From the NCBI GenBank assembly GCA_009914755.4, contig CP086569.2, positions 17,792,001 through 17,856,000 of the forward strand: a stretch of 64,000 bases of DNA, read 5' to 3'. This document shows, piece after piece, positions 13,225 to 35,354 of the stretch. The translations under genes and the position numbers were made by a program. This DNA is from the human T2T-CHM13v2.0 reference genome, Homo sapiens. Within the stretch, counting starts at the first letter, position 1; every line of letters starts with the position of its first letter. The notes beneath the pieces are model-generated. The model was not told the DNA's origin and ran no database searches. It saw only the letters and a list, made by a program, of their open reading frames with translations.

Positions 13225-13660
13225 CTTCCTCCTCACCCTTCACCATATCTCTTAAAGAAGCTGAAGATCCAGGCCCCACAAGGAGAACAAGTCTTTTCTC
13301 TCTTCCTTTTTACCTCATTGTCTATTGCAGAAAAAAATACCAAGATGTAACCACAGTTGAGCGGATCTTTTTACCTTTAAAATGAGTGTCTATAAGGTCC
13401 ATTTACTTTCCAACAAAAAACTACTTACAAGTTAATCAAGTAGTTCCCTGATCCAATCATTCTCCCTAGCAATCATTTATTGTTCCTCACTGGAATTCCT
13501 CTTCTCCCCATTCCATTACCTGTTTTACTGGGATCCAACACTCCATTCTTTCTGTAACCTCAGGAAGGTATATAAGCTTTGAACTTTATTGGGAGGTTGG
13601 GTCTTCATTCTGAAGGCTCCTGTGTCTTCACATTAAACCAATTATTATGCCTTTTCTTGC
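13225..13660 (+). repeat. LTR-like dispersed repeat, copy 1 (homolog of 41015-41400)
   Basis: Shares caaggagaacaa…aagttaatc…gatccaatcatt(c/t)tccctA(g/c)(c/t)aatcatttattg…cctC…ttcattctga(a/t)(g/a)gctcctgtgt with 41015-41400 in the same orientation, about 420 bp at roughly 70% identity. Confidence 0.45.
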
Positions 13661-14439
13661 TCTTAAAAGAAAAACTTCAGCTGAATTAATTTCAAAGGAG
13701 TTTGAGCAATGAATGATTCAAGAATCTGACAGCCTCTAGAATCACAGCAGATTCAGAGACTCCAGGGATACCAATCTGTGGGATATGCTAAGGTTTCTCT
13801 TCAAATAGCCTGATTAGTCCTTTATTCTGAAATCCACAGTACCCCTCCACCTCCATTTTCTTCTCTTTTCGTTTCTTTCTGCCTTTGCTACATGACCAGG
13901 CATGCCACAGCATCCGGAGCTTATCAGTACTAGCTCACATTCGTTTCCATATTTGGGAAGTAAAGTAGCTCCCTAGCTCATCAGAGATGACCTCTTCCCC
14001 CTCTCCCTTCTCTCCCTTATGTGCCCAACTTATCTAAGAAAAAATTCAAATGTTTAGCCATTTGGGTCTAGCTTAGATTTTGTGGTTCGAACTCAGCCAA
14101 TGGGGAAAGGGCACGGGGGCACTGTTTGCATCAAGGATAAAAACTTTCATTGTTCTTTGTTCTATGTGCTCTCGTGGTGACTGGCCAAAAAGAAGCACCC
14201 CTCTATGCAGAAGTAAACTTGCTTTGCTGAGAAATTCTTTTTCTGACTGCTCGTTTCCTTAAGACTCCAAACTGTATTTCCAATACAAGTGATCAGAACA
14301 AACTTATATAGAAAAAAAGTGGGGGAATGTGATGTACAGAAGTCAGCATGAGGTACAGAAACAGCTAGATTAATTACAGGTTGCATTGGCCTTATTCGAA
14401 CACAGTGAACACTTTGGAGCCTATGAGAGGTTGAAGTAT

Positions 14440-14590
14440 GGCCACTGGGATTGGTCGAGACTCAGCTATTGTTACAGGTTCATCTTTCCATGTTAAATAT
14501 TCCAACTTGTCTGCCGATTATGCTAGGTTACAATTCATCCACAAGGACTCAAATACAGAAGTGTGGATTCCTTCTCCAGACATTTTAGTT
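14440..14590 (-). repeat. Unclassified old interspersed repeat, copy 2 (inverted homolog of 5740-5900)
   Basis: See 5740-5900. The reverse complement of this segment aligns to that copy. Confidence 0.4.
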
Positions 14591-14852
14591 TGCTTTATCA
14601 TTGTATTAATCAATACACGGGAGAATGCATGGCTCATTGTAAAATTAAATTGAAGGAAAGTAATAAGTAACAAGTAAAGATCTGGATGCTGTCCACCCAG
14701 GGAGAAAGTGCATCTGGGTGCATGAATGTGATGAGCAGATTTAGTTTCCTTCAGTGCAAAACAATTTGATGCATAAAACATGATTTTAGACTTTGTTTTC
14801 TTTTGAAAGTTGTAAGCTACAATTATTAACGCAGATGATGTGAATAAATTAA

Positions 14853-16309
<1,457 letters not shown>

Positions 16310-16310
16310 G

Positions 16311-17187
16311 GTGGGGAGGAGCCAAGATGTCCGAATAGGAACAGCTCCGGTTGACAGCTTTCTGCATTTCCATCAGAGGTATTGGGTTCATCTCACTAGG
16401 GAGTTCCAGACAGTGGACGCATGTCAGTGGGTGCATGCACTGTGCACGAGCTGAAGCAGGGCAAGGCATTGCCTCACTCAGGAAGTGCAAGGGGTCAGGA
16501 AATTCCCTTTCCTAGTCAAGGAAAGGGGTGATGGATGGCACTTGGAAAATCGGATCACTCCAACCCAAAGACTACACTTTTCCAAAGGGCTTAAAAACCG
16601 GTGCACCAGGAGATTATATCCTGCACCTGGCTCGGAGGGTCCTGTGCCCATGGAGTCTCCCTGATTGCTAGCACAGCAGTCTGAGATCAAACTGCAAGTC
16701 AGCAGCAAGGCTAGGGGAGGGGTGCCCACCATTGCCCAGGCTTGCTTAGGTAAACAAAGCAGCCAGGAAGCTCGAACAGGGTGGAGCCCACCACAGCTCA
16801 AGGATGCCTGCCTGCCTCTGTAGGCTCCACCTCTGGGGACAGGGCACAGACAAACAAAAAGACAGCAGTAACCTCTGCACACTTAAATGTCCCTGTCTGA
16901 CAGCTTTGAAGAGAGCAGTGGTTCTCCCAGCACACAGCTGGAGATCTGAGAATGGGCAGACTGCCTCCTCAAGTGGGTCCCTCACCCCTGACCCCAGAGT
17001 AGCTTAACTGGGAGGCACCCCCCAGCAGGGGCAGACTGACACCTCACAGGACCACGTACTCCAACAGATCTGCAGCTGAAGGTCCTGTCTTTTAGAAGGA
17101 AAACTAACAAACAGAAAGCACATCCACACCGAAAACCCATCTGTACATCACCATCATCAAAGACCAAAAGTAGATAAAACCACAAAG
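16311..17187 (+). promoter_or_regulatory. L1 5'UTR (internal sense/antisense promoter region), with ~30-bp deletion relative to L1HS
   Basis: Homology to the L1 5'UTR runs the whole length. The block cccagcgtgagcgacgcagaagacggtga is missing (ggttgacagctttctgcatttcc). Many CpG>TpG changes are visible. Confidence 0.7.
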
Positions 17188-18203
17188 ATGGGGAAAAAAC
17201 AGAGCAGAGAAACTGGAAACTCTAAAAAGCAGAGCGCTTCTCCTCCTCCAAAGGAACGCAGTTCCTCAGCAGCAAGGGAACAAAGCTGGACGGAGAATGA
17301 CTTTAATGATCTGAGAGAAGAAGGCTTCAGACCATCAAATTACTCTGAGCTATGGGAGGACATTCAAAACAAAGGCAAAGAAGTTGAAAACTTGAAAAAA
17401 ATTTAGAAGAATGTGTAACTAGAATAACCAATACAAAGAAGTGCTTAAAGGAGCTGATGGAGCTGAAAACCAAGGCTCAAGAACTACGTGAAGAATGCAG
17501 AAGCCTCAGGAGCTGATGCGATCAACTGGAAGAAAGGGTATCAGCGATGGAAGATGAAATGAATGAAATGAAGTGAGAAGGGAAGTTTAGAGAAAAAAGA
17601 ATAAAAAGAAATGAACAAAACCTCCAAGAAATATGGGATTATGTGAAAAGACCAAATCTATGTCTGATTGGTGTACCTGAAAGTGACAGGGAGAATGGAA
17701 CCAAGTTGGAAAACACTCTGCAGGATATTATGCAGGGGAACTTCCCCAATCTATCAAGGCAGGCCAATATTCAGATTTAGGAAATACAGAGAACACCACA
17801 AAGATACTCCTTGAGAAGAGCAACTCCAAGACACATAATTGTCAGATTCACCAAAGTTGAAATGAAGGAAAAAATGTTAAGGGCAGCCAGAGAGAAAGAT
17901 CGGGTTACACTAAAAGGGAAGCCCATCAGACTAACAGTGGATCTCTCGGTGGAAACTCTACAAGCCAGAAGAGAGTGAAGGCCAATATTCAACATTCTTA
18001 AAGGAAAGAATTTTCAACCCAGAATTTCATATGCAGCCAAACTAAGCTTCATAAGTGAAGGAAAAATAAAATATTTTAAAGACAAGCAAATGCTGAGAGA
18101 TTTTTGTCACCACCAGGCCTGCCCTAAAAGAGCTCCTAAAGGAAGCGCTAAGCATGGAAAGGAAAAACCGGTACCAGCCACTGCAAAATCATGCCAAAAT
18201 GTA
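17188..18203 (+). pseudogene. L1 ORF1 (disrupted: 1-bp deletion ~17390, nonsense ~17515)
   Basis: MGKKQSRETGNSKKQSASPPPKERSSS… shows the frame breaking at ENLKKI* compared with the L1 ENFEKNLEEC. An in-frame TGA lies in ...SLRS*CDQLEE. The terminal aaaatgtaa is at ~18195-18203. Confidence 0.85.
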
Positions 18204-18264
18204 ATGACCATCGAGACTAGGAAGAAACTGCATCAACTAACGAGCAAAATAACCAACTAACATA

Positions 18265-22065
<3,801 letters not shown>

Positions 22066-22310
22066 GAGAACACATGGACACAGGAAGGAGAACATCACAC
22101 TCTGGGGACTGTTATGGGGTTAGGGGATGGGGGAGGGATAGCTTTGGGAGATATACCTAATGCTAGATGACGAGTTAGTGGGTGCAGTGCACCAGCATGG
22201 CACATGTATACATATATAACTAACCTGCACATTGTGCACATGTACCCTAAAACTTAAAGTATGATAATAATAAATAAAAAATAAATTAAAAACAAAGAAT
22301 ATATGGCACA

Positions 22311-22698
22311 TATACACCATGGAATACTACGCAGCCATAAAAAACGAAGAGTTCATGTCCTTTGTAGGGACATGGATGAAATTGGAAACCATCATTCTCA
22401 GCAAACTATTGCAAGGACAGAAAATGAAACACCGCATGTTGTCACTCATAGGTGGGAATTGAACAATGAGAACACATGGACACAGGAAGGGGAACATCAC
22501 ACTCTGGGTACTGTTGTGGGGTGGGGGGAGGGGGGAAGGATATCATTAGGAGATATACCTAATGCTAAATGATGAGTTAATGGGGGCAGCACACCAGCAT
22601 GACACATGTATACATATGTAACTAACCTGCACATTGTGCACATGTACCCTAAAACTTAAAGTATAATAATACTAACATGAAATAAAAAAACAATAAAA
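22311..22698 (+). mobile_element. Older host L1PA, 3' segment (rest of ORF2 + 3'UTR + poly-A) resuming after the nested L1
   Basis: atacaccatggaatactacgcagccataaaaaacgaagagttcatgtcc…cctaaaacttaaagtataataatactaacatgaaataaaaaaacaataaaaaat continues the sequence interrupted at 16309. It is followed by the TSD copy aataaaggaacc. Confidence 0.9.
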
Positions 22699-22780
22699 AA
22701 TAAAGGAACCCACTCCATAATGTTTTCTTTTTAAAATTTTAGTTCATAAAGATTAGTAACAGTTTTTTTAATAGTTACCC

Positions 22781-23153
22781 GTATTAGTCTGTTTTCATGT
22801 TTCTAATAAAGACATACCTAAGACTGGGTAATTTATAAAGAAAAGAGGTTTAATTGACTCACAGTTCTGCAAGGATGGGGAGGTCTCAGAAAACTTACAA
22901 TCATGGTGGAAAGGATAGCAAACATGTCCTTTACATGCTAGCAGCAAGAAGTGCAGAGTGAATTGGAGGAAAAGCCCCTTATAAAACTATCAGATGTAGT
23001 GAAAACTCATTCATTATCACAAGAACAGCATGGAGATAGCCTCCCCCATGTTTCAATCACCTCCCACCAGGCCCCTCATATGACAGATGGGGATTATGGG
23101 ATCTGCAATTTAAGATGAGATTTGAGAGGGTACACAGAGCCAAACCAAATTAC
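22781..23153 (-). mobile_element. ERVL-MaLR solo LTR (THE1/MST-type), minus strand, 5-bp TSD TACCC
   Basis: Its reverse complement ends …ctttataaattacccagtcttaggtatgtctttattag…gactaatacg and starts …cacagagccaaaccaaattac (compare TGATATGGTTTGGCTGTG). Flanking taccc at 22776-22780 and 23154-23158. Confidence 0.75.
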
Positions 23154-23239
23154 TACCCTTCCCCTTTAACACACTGTAACATTAAAATATCTTCTTATTT
23201 ACTGTTTGAGATTTCTCAAAAGCTGGCAAATTGTGAGCT

Positions 23240-23352
23240 GTGTAGGAGACTGAGATATGAGGATTGCTTAAGCCCATTAATTCAAGGCTGTAGTGAGCTA
23301 GGATCATGCCACTGAACCCCGGCTAGGCAACAGAGCAAGATCCTGGAAAAAA
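23240..23352 (+). mobile_element. Partial Alu (right arm 3' portion)
   Basis: ggagactgagatatgaggattgcttaagcccattaattcaaggctgtagtgagctaggatcatgccactgaaccccggctaggcaacagagcaagatcctggaaaaaaaa. Confidence 0.8.
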
Positions 23353-24028
23353 AATGATTATTTGTCCCTGGTCTTTATAGAACAACCCACTCGGCTGTAG
23401 AAAAAGTGTGTCCTTTGGAAATATTAACAAAGAATTGTGACTTAGAAGTAAGAGGTCAGAGATTTGCAGGCTCAGAAGACTGCACAATGAAAGCTCAAGG
23501 ATAAATAGGATGAGTCAACGAATCACCCAACATCTCATCTTCTGCCTTTCCTCCCACTTTTTTCTCTCATTTTCTATGAAGAAATGACGGGATTGACAAG
23601 ATAGAATCAATGACATGGCTCAGAAGGCAGCAATTCTTACCACAGATCTCACTCTTTTTTTTTTTTTTTAATTCAACACAAGGGAGTACACAAACAATAA
23701 CCAACAAACCAAATCTGTACCACTGCCTTTTTTGTATGGCCTATGGGAGACATAGGCTCACCACCTTCTAAACATTAGCTGAAAAATCACTGACATAAAT
23801 CTTATTGATCTTTTGGAAGAAACAACTTTTAGGCCCTGTTAAATACCTCTTTTGTTTTCTGTTTAGTGGTATCCTACCTCTTATCTTTATTACCTTTTTT
23901 GGTTTGATCAGACCTCTGTGCATTATTTCATTATCTTATCTACTCTCCCACCTCTGAGTTTAATGGCTCTTCATTCTGTAGTTTCTTAAGTTGAGAAAAA
24001 GAGTTCTTTAATGTATCACATTTCTTCT

Positions 24029-24389
24029 TGATATGATTTGGCCATGTCCCCATCCAAATCTCATCTTGAATTTTAGCTCCCATAATTCCCACCTGCCATG
24101 GGAGGAACCTAGTGGAAGATAATTGAATCATGGGGGCAATTTCCCCCATATTGTTCTCATGGTAATCAGTAAGTCTCATGAGATCTGATGGTTTTATAAA
24201 GGGAAGTCCCTTTCTCTTGGCTCTCATTCTCTCTTGTCTGTTGCCATGTAAGATGTGTCTTTCATCTTCTGCCATGATTGTGAGGCCTCCTCAGCCACAT
24301 GGAACTGTGAGTCAATTAAATCTCGTTTTCTTTATAAATTACCCAGTACCAGTAGGTCTTTAACAGCAGTGTGAAAATGGACTAATACA
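24029..24389 (+). mobile_element. ERVL-MaLR solo LTR (THE1/MST-type), plus strand
   Basis: It runs from TGATATGATTTGGCCATGTCCCCATCCAAATCTCATCTTGAATTTTAGCTCCCATAATTCCCACC… to …tttataaattacccagtaccagtaggtctttaacagcagtgtgaaaatGGACTAATACA. The flanks (…ttcttct| and |acttctc) give a probable 5-bp TSD. Confidence 0.75.
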
Positions 24390-24821
24390 ACTTCTCTTTC
24401 AGGATGTGTATGTGATGCTAGGCAAGTGTATTTGTCATTGCTTTAGGTCCATCCCGCAAACTGTCATATACTGGCATTTATTTACCCAACATCTATTGGA
24501 AGCATTTATTCACCATGCATATGTCAATAAAATGAAATTTATCCAGACTAATTAAAGGCTATATAAATAAATATAAATAAATATTATGTAGATATACAAA
24601 AATATTCATTTAAATCCATAAATGTTTAAATAAATCACTTATGTAGCACAGATGTAAAACATAAATGATTTATTCATATTAGTATGTTTCTGTATAAATG
24701 CATAAGTATTTGGATGTACATTTTTACCATTTTAATAAGCAAATTTTACTATTTTAATATGTATATTTCCTACAATAGGAAATATACATGTGGCAAATAC
24801 ATGTATATAATAATCCCCATG

Positions 24822-25143
<322 letters not shown>

Positions 25144-25696
25144 TCAAGGACCAGATGGAGATTATATATACGTGAAACAAATTTTGCACATATAGTGCCA
25201 TGACCACATCATTCCACATGTAGTTATTTACCCAAGAGAAATAAAAATACACATCCCAGAGCGGACAAACAAATGAATTATCATTTCAACTTGTTTCTTA
25301 TTGGACCTAAGGTAAACACGGCCAAATGCCCTCAATAAAAGAATAGACAACTACAAGGCAGTATTTTTCATATAACAAAATGCTGTTCAATAATTAAATT
25401 GTGAATAAAAAGGCTAATAATCACCATGAAATGAGTGAATCCCCCAAACATTAAGTGTAGTAAAAGGGGCTGGAGAAAAGAAAAATTCCTACTATAAGAT
25501 GCCATTCACAAAAAATTGAAGACCAAAAAAGATAACCTAGGATGTTAAATGAAAGAACCATGTTTGCCTCTGGGCATAAAAGGAGTTGACCAGAAAGTCA
25601 TTTTTCTGGTATGGTAAGAATACACTTTTCATGATTTCTTCTGATATTGATAATGCATAACTACTTATACATATTTGAGAACATTCCTTGCATTGC

Positions 25697-26064
25697 AATA
25701 TGGTTTTGCTCTGTGTCCCCACCCAAATCTCACCTTGAATTGTAATAATCTGAACATGTCAAGGGCAGGACAAGGTGGACATAATTGAATCATGGGGGAT
25801 GGTTTCCTCCATGCTGTTCTCATGATAATGAATGCATTCTCATGAGAGCTGATGGTTTTATTAGGGGCTTCTCCCCGTTTTGCGTGGTATTTCTCCTTGC
25901 CGCAGCCATGTGAAGAAGGGCGTGTTTGCTTCCTCTTCCTCCATTATTGTAAGTTGTCTGAAGCCCCCAGCCATGCTAAACTGTGGGTCCATTAAACCTT
26001 TTTTCTTTATAGATAACCTAGTTTCATATATTGTTGCATAGCAGTATAAAAATGGACTAATACA
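25697..26064 (+). mobile_element. ERVL-MaLR solo LTR (THE1/MST-type, diverged), plus strand
   Basis: It runs from caatatggttttgctctgtgtccccacccaaatctcaccttgaattgtaataatc…ataattgaatcatgggggatgg to …ccattaaaccttttttctttatag…gcagtataaaaatggactaataca. Confidence 0.7.
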
Positions 26065-27603
26065 AATTATATATTTAAAGCCATGAATTTCACTTATGTG
26101 TGTTCATTTCAATAAAAATTGCACAGTTCTTTGTATAGCTCCAAAAAGCATAAGCAAATGCATGCATTCAATAATACAGGAAACTACCACTCAAGCAGAG
26201 TTTACACAAACAGAACTTAAGAGAGTTGAATCCCTTAGTCAGTAATATACTCTGTTTCTGGTTTCACTGTTGGCAATTGTAGAAGCTTCAATCAATTATT
26301 CAAGGAAATCTACTTTTTAAATTCATGTTATTCTCTCCTAAGTAACCCAACTTATAAGATTGTTTTCAGTTATAATGTTTTCTATGTCAGTAGTAGAACC
26401 TTTTAATTTGTGTTTCAATTAGGGTTCTGAATGAATTTAGGTCTACTTTTTTTTCTAGGAGAATCTTTTTCTAGAAAACTTCTGTACTTTTCTGTTCTGG
26501 GAAACTCCGATTGAGTATTTCTCAATTGGGAAATACCTACAGGAGCTTCTCTTTTCTACACTGTAAAGAGAAACAGAGATTTTCTCAAGCTTGAACCATA
26601 GCACTTATTTCCTTATTTCTCTAAATCTTACTGAATTTGTCCTAAAAATGAAGCATAATATGTTCTTTCTGTCCCATGTCTCATCCAATTTGATTGAAAT
26701 ACCTATTAAATTCTTACAGAACCTTCTTTCTATATTCTGCCTTGTCAGAAAACATATGGCAGTTATTTTTTATTTCCAGGTTCTTAATAGGTAGTGTCTG
26801 GACTTTAGATCAGGGCTACTGGCAATTTTACCATGGTATCACTTCTCTACAAAGGTAAAAGAAAATTTTCCTACATCACAGCAGTGCTATTAACACATCA
26901 AATAAAAACAAAATAAATTTTCTACTATCATAAAATCTCACTATTGATATCTAAGTTTCATCAGAGTTATCCAGTAAAATATCTTACTTTACATTTGCTC
27001 CCTTTAGTTTATTTTAACTGGAATAGCCACTTCATTCCCATTTTTATCTAATTTCCTAGGTTTTTGGGGGGAGGAGGGGTGATCTGAACCTGGCTTTATA
27101 AAATATCCCTCACTTATCCTGGACGTATCTGATATACCTGCCACAGTTAACATGTACCCATGGACCTTTTAATTCCTGTTGAGGGGAAAATTGGACCTAA
27201 GCCATGCTTGGAGTGAAGTTAGCCATCTGAATGGTAATGCTGTGCTGGCTCATGCCAATATACAAAAAGCTGTAATTGATAGCTCATTGGTGGAACCAGC
27301 ATGGTCATTTCACTTTACAGATAATGATATTTTCTATTTAAATTCAGCATTTCTTTTATCAAGAAGAGCTCACAGACTTCCTCCTCAAGTGGGTCCCTGA
27401 CCCCTGACCCCTGAGCAGCCTAACTGGGAGGTACCCCCGAGCACGGGCACACTGACACCTCACATGGCAGGGTATTCCAACAGACCTGCAGCTGAGGGTC
27501 CTGTCTGTTAGAAGGAAAACTAACAAACAGAAAGGACATCCACACCGAAAACACATCTGTACATCACCATCATCAAAGACCAAAAGTAGATAAAACCACA
27601 AAG

Positions 27604-28611
27604 ATGGGGAAAAAACAGAACAGAAAAACTGGAAACTCTAACACGCAGAGCGTCTCTCCTCCTCCAAAGGAACGCAGTTCCTCACCAGCAACGGAACAAA
27701 GCTGGATGGAGAATGACTTTGACGAGCTGAGAGAAGAAGGCTTCAGATGATCAAATTACTCTGAGCTACAGGAGGACATTCAAACCAAAGGCAAAGAAGT
27801 TGAAAACTTTGAAAAACATTAAGAAGAATGTATAACTAGAATAATCAATACAGAGAAGTGCTTAAAGGAGCTGATGGAGCTGAAAACCAAGGCTCGAGAA
27901 CTATGTGAAGAATGCAGAAGCCTCAGGAGCCGATGCAATCAACTGGAAGAAAGGGTATCAGCAATGGAAGATGAAATGAATGAAATGAAGCAAGAAGGGA
28001 AGTTTAGAGAAAAAAGAATAAACAGAAATGAGCAAAGCCTCCAAGAAATACGGCACTATGTGAAAAGACCAAATCTACGTCTGATTGGTGTACCTGAAAC
28101 TGATGGGGAGAATGGAACCAAGTTGGAAAACACTCCGCAGGATATTATCCAGGAGAACTTCCCCAATCTAGCAAAGCAGGCCAACGTTCAGATTCAGGAA
28201 ATACAGAGAAGATACTCCTCGAGAAGAGCAACTCCAAGACACATAATTGTCAGATTCACCAAAGTTGAAATGAAGGAAAAAATGTTAAGGGCAGCCAGAA
28301 AGAAAGGTCGGGTTACCCTCAAAGGGAAGTCCATCAGACTAACAGCGGATCTCTCGGCAGAAACCCTACAAGCCAGAAGAGAGTGGGGGCCAATATTCAA
28401 CAATCTTAAAGAAAAGAATTTTCAACCCAGAATTTCATATCCAGCCAAACTAAGCTTCATAAGTGAAGGAGAAATAAAATACTTTACAGACAAGCAAATG
28501 CTGAGAGATTTTGTCACCACCAGGCCTGCCCTAAAAGAGCTCCTGAAGGAAGTGCTAAACATGGAAAGGAACAACCGGTACCAGCCGCTGCAAAATCATG
28601 CCAAAATGTAA
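27604..28611 (+). pseudogene. L1 ORF1, full length apart from one in-frame CGA>TGA nonsense at 27748-27750
   Basis: MGKKQNRKTGNSNTQSVSPPPKERSSSPATEQSWMENDFDELREEGFR* then continues in frame (…SNYSELQEDIQTKGKEVENFEKH…) into the 245-aa ORF 27874-28611, which ends …YQPLQNHAKM*. Confidence 0.9.
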
Positions 28612-28674
28612 AGACCATCGAGACTAGGAAGAAACTGCATCAACTAACGAGCAAAATCACCAGCTAACATCATA

Positions 28675-30300
<1,626 letters not shown>

Positions 30301-30303
30301 TAA

Positions 30304-32495
<2,192 letters not shown>

Positions 32496-32713
32496 ACAAT
32501 GAGGTCACATGGACACAGGAAGGGGAATATCACACTCTGGGGACTGTTGTGGGGTGGGGGGAAGGGGGAGGGATAGCATTGGGAGATATACCTAATGCTA
32601 GATGACGAGTTAGTGGGTGCAGTGCACCAGCATGGCACATGTATACATATGTATCTAACCTGCACAATGTGCACATGTACCCTAAAACTTAAAGTATAAT
32701 AAAAAAAAAAAAA

Positions 32714-34323
32714 GGATTTCTGGGTCAAATGGTATTTCTGTTTCTACATCCTTGAGGTGTCTCCACACTGTCTTCCACAATGGTTGAACAAATTTACAAC
32801 CCCTCCAAAAGTGTAAAAGCATTCCTATTTGTCTGCATCCTTGCCAGCATCTGTTTTTTTTTCTAGTTTTTTTTCTAGTTCTGTGAGAATGTCAATTGTG
32901 GCTTGACGGGGATAGCAGTGAATCTATAAATTACTTTGGGTGGTATGGCCATTTTCTGACTTTTTAATAATTGCCTTCTAATTGGCATGAGATGGCATCA
33001 TATTATGGTTTTTATTTTCATTTCTCTAATGAACAGTGATGATTATCTTCTTTTCATATATTTGTTGACTGCATACATGTCTTCTTTCGAGATGTGTCAG
33101 TTCATATCCTTCATCCACTTTTGATAGATTGCTTGTTTTCATCTTTGTTTAAGTTCTTGTAGATTCTGGATATTAGGCCTTTTGACAGATGGATAGATTG
33201 CAAAAACTTTCTCCCATTCTATAGGTTGCCTGTTCACTTTGATGATATATTCCTTTGCTGTGCAGAGGTTCTTTAGTTTAATTAGATCCCATTTGTCAAT
33301 TTTGGTTTTTGTTGCTGTTGCAATTGCAATTTCTTTTGGTGTTTTAGTCATGAAGTTTTTGCTAATGCCCATGTCGTGAAAGGTATTGCCTAGGTTTTCT
33401 TCTAGGGTTTTTATGGTTTTAGGTCTTACATTTAAGTCTTTAATCCATCTTGGGTTAATTTTTGTATATCGTGTAAGGAAGGGGTCCAGTTTCAGTTTTC
33501 TGTATATGGCTAGCCAGTTTTCCCAGCACCATTTATTAAATAGAAAATCCTTTCTCCATTGCTTGTTTTTGTCAGGTTTGTCAAACATCAGATAGCTGTA
33601 GATGTCTGATGTTACTTCTGAAGCCCCTGTTCTGTTATGTTGGTCTATATATCTTTTTTGGTACCAGTACCATGTTGTTTTGGTTACCGTAGCCTTGTAA
33701 TGTAGTTTGAAGTCAGGTGGCATGATGCATCTGGCTTTGTTCTTTTTGCTTAGGATTGTCCTGGCTACACATGATATTTGATGCCATATGATAGTTGAAC
33801 TAGTTTTTTTTCTAGTTCTGTGAGAATGTCAATTGTGGTTTGATGGGGATAGAAGTGAATCTATAAATTACTTTGGGTGGTATGGCCATTTTCATGATAT
33901 TGATACTTCCTATCCATGAGCATGGAATATTTTTCCATTTGTTATGTTCTCTTTTACTTCTTTGAACAGTGGTTTGTAGTTCTCCTTTAAGAGGTCCTTC
34001 GTGTCCCTTGTAATTTGTATTCCTAGATGTTTTATTCTCTTGGTAGCAATTGTGAATGAGAGTTCACTCATGAATTGGCTCTCTGTTTTTCTCTTATTAG
34101 TGTATAGGAACCCCTGTGATTTTTTTGCACATTGATTTTGTATCCTGAGACTAGAGTTGCTTATCAGCTGAAGCAGTTTTTGGGTGAGATGACGGGGTTT
34201 TCTAAATATACAATTTTGTCATATGAAAACAAAGAAAATTTGACTTCCTCTCTTCCTATTTGAATATACTTTATTTATTTTCTTCCATGATTTCCCTGAC
34301 CAGAACTTCCAGTACTATATTAA
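32714..34323 (-). mobile_element. Older L1PA ORF2 fragment (mid-RT to near the ORF2 end), minus strand, abutting the poly-A of the preceding L1
   Basis: ggatttctgggtcaaatggtatttctgtttctacatccttgag… is the reverse complement of ORF2 …ipfdpaip…. It continues through the reverse complement of the RT region and ends …ccagaacttccagtactatattaatg. The 194-aa minus ORF 33139-33723 is L1 ORF2p-like. Confidence 0.9.
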
Positions 34324-35354
34324 TGTTCTCTCTCACCGCTCCTATACCACTCACAGTTTCTACCAATGTTTTCTCCTCTTTTGTTTTGTATCATCTAGTT
34401 ACAAACAGGCAGAGTCAGAAATGAGTTAAAAGATAGGAGACCTTACATCAAGAATTAGAAATAAGACATCATTTTCCTTCTCAGTGCATCTGATAATTCT
34501 CAAAACATCCAAAAATTGTCATCATCAGAAAGCTGCCTTCCTTCATGCTAAAAGTCAGCTTTGCTCTAAATAGAGACTTCTAAGTGGTTGTCTGTTCCAC
34601 CACAGACATTTGACCATTGAGAGTATAAAGCTCAGAGTTTCACAGTGGCATATTTCATAAAAGTTTCAAGAGGTTGCTTTTGGTGTAGTTATATAGTGGA
34701 TTAATTTCTTACTACATTTAACATGACACCTTCAAAAATACCCAAAATATTAATACTATACCTACACATCATATTTATCCTTGAAGAAAGTTCAAACATT
34801 CTTTTAATTTGTAAAGAAATAATTCAATTAACAAATGATTTCATTAGAAGTTTCTATAATTACTAATACATGAATTAGTTGTGGACTAAGTATTGCAGAA
34901 GAATTCTATGTTACATGAGTAACATAGAATTTTAAATACATGAGTGTTTTTAATACATGAGTGTTTTTTGTTTGTTTGTTTGTTTTTAATGAGACTGGCT
35001 TGATTTCTCCTGGCACTTGAGCAATGAATACAGGTGTAGATATAAAGTGTGAGGCCCAAAATTTGGGTTAACTATTACATTCTGTTCTAATCAATATTGC
35101 TCGATTTCATAAAATTAATGTGTATTTAGTTTTTTTCTCTTGAATATCAAGCATCCCAGCATTTCCAAAAAAAAAAAAAATCTGCCTTCAACATTTTTTT
35201 TCATTCATTTGCCATATAGCCAATGAGAAAACTGGCTACCTTGAGCCACCTTCCATACTACATTGAGGAACCCTACAATGAAAAAGCCTTGATGTCTATT
35301 TAAAAAAAAAAGGAAATGGAATTAAAACGTGCATATCATGGAACCAACTCATGT

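Noticed and set aside
22781-23153. Initial reading of the tgtccccacccaaatctcatcttgaatt… modules as an internal part of old L1 3'UTRs
   Set aside because: The copy at 35588-35972 has TG…CA ends and an exact 5-bp TSD (cttcc) inside the L1 3'UTR. Another copy has a taccc TSD. These modules are independent ERVL-MaLR (THE1/MST-type) solo LTRs that inserted into or near L1s.
32714-34323. Possibility that the inverted L1 segment is a 5' inversion (twin-priming product) of the L1 at 27372-32713
   Set aside because: Twin priming places the inverted segment at the 5' end of the element. Here the inverted piece lies downstream of the poly-A tail and is clearly more diverged, with a different subfamily and an internal duplication. 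It is an independent older insertion.
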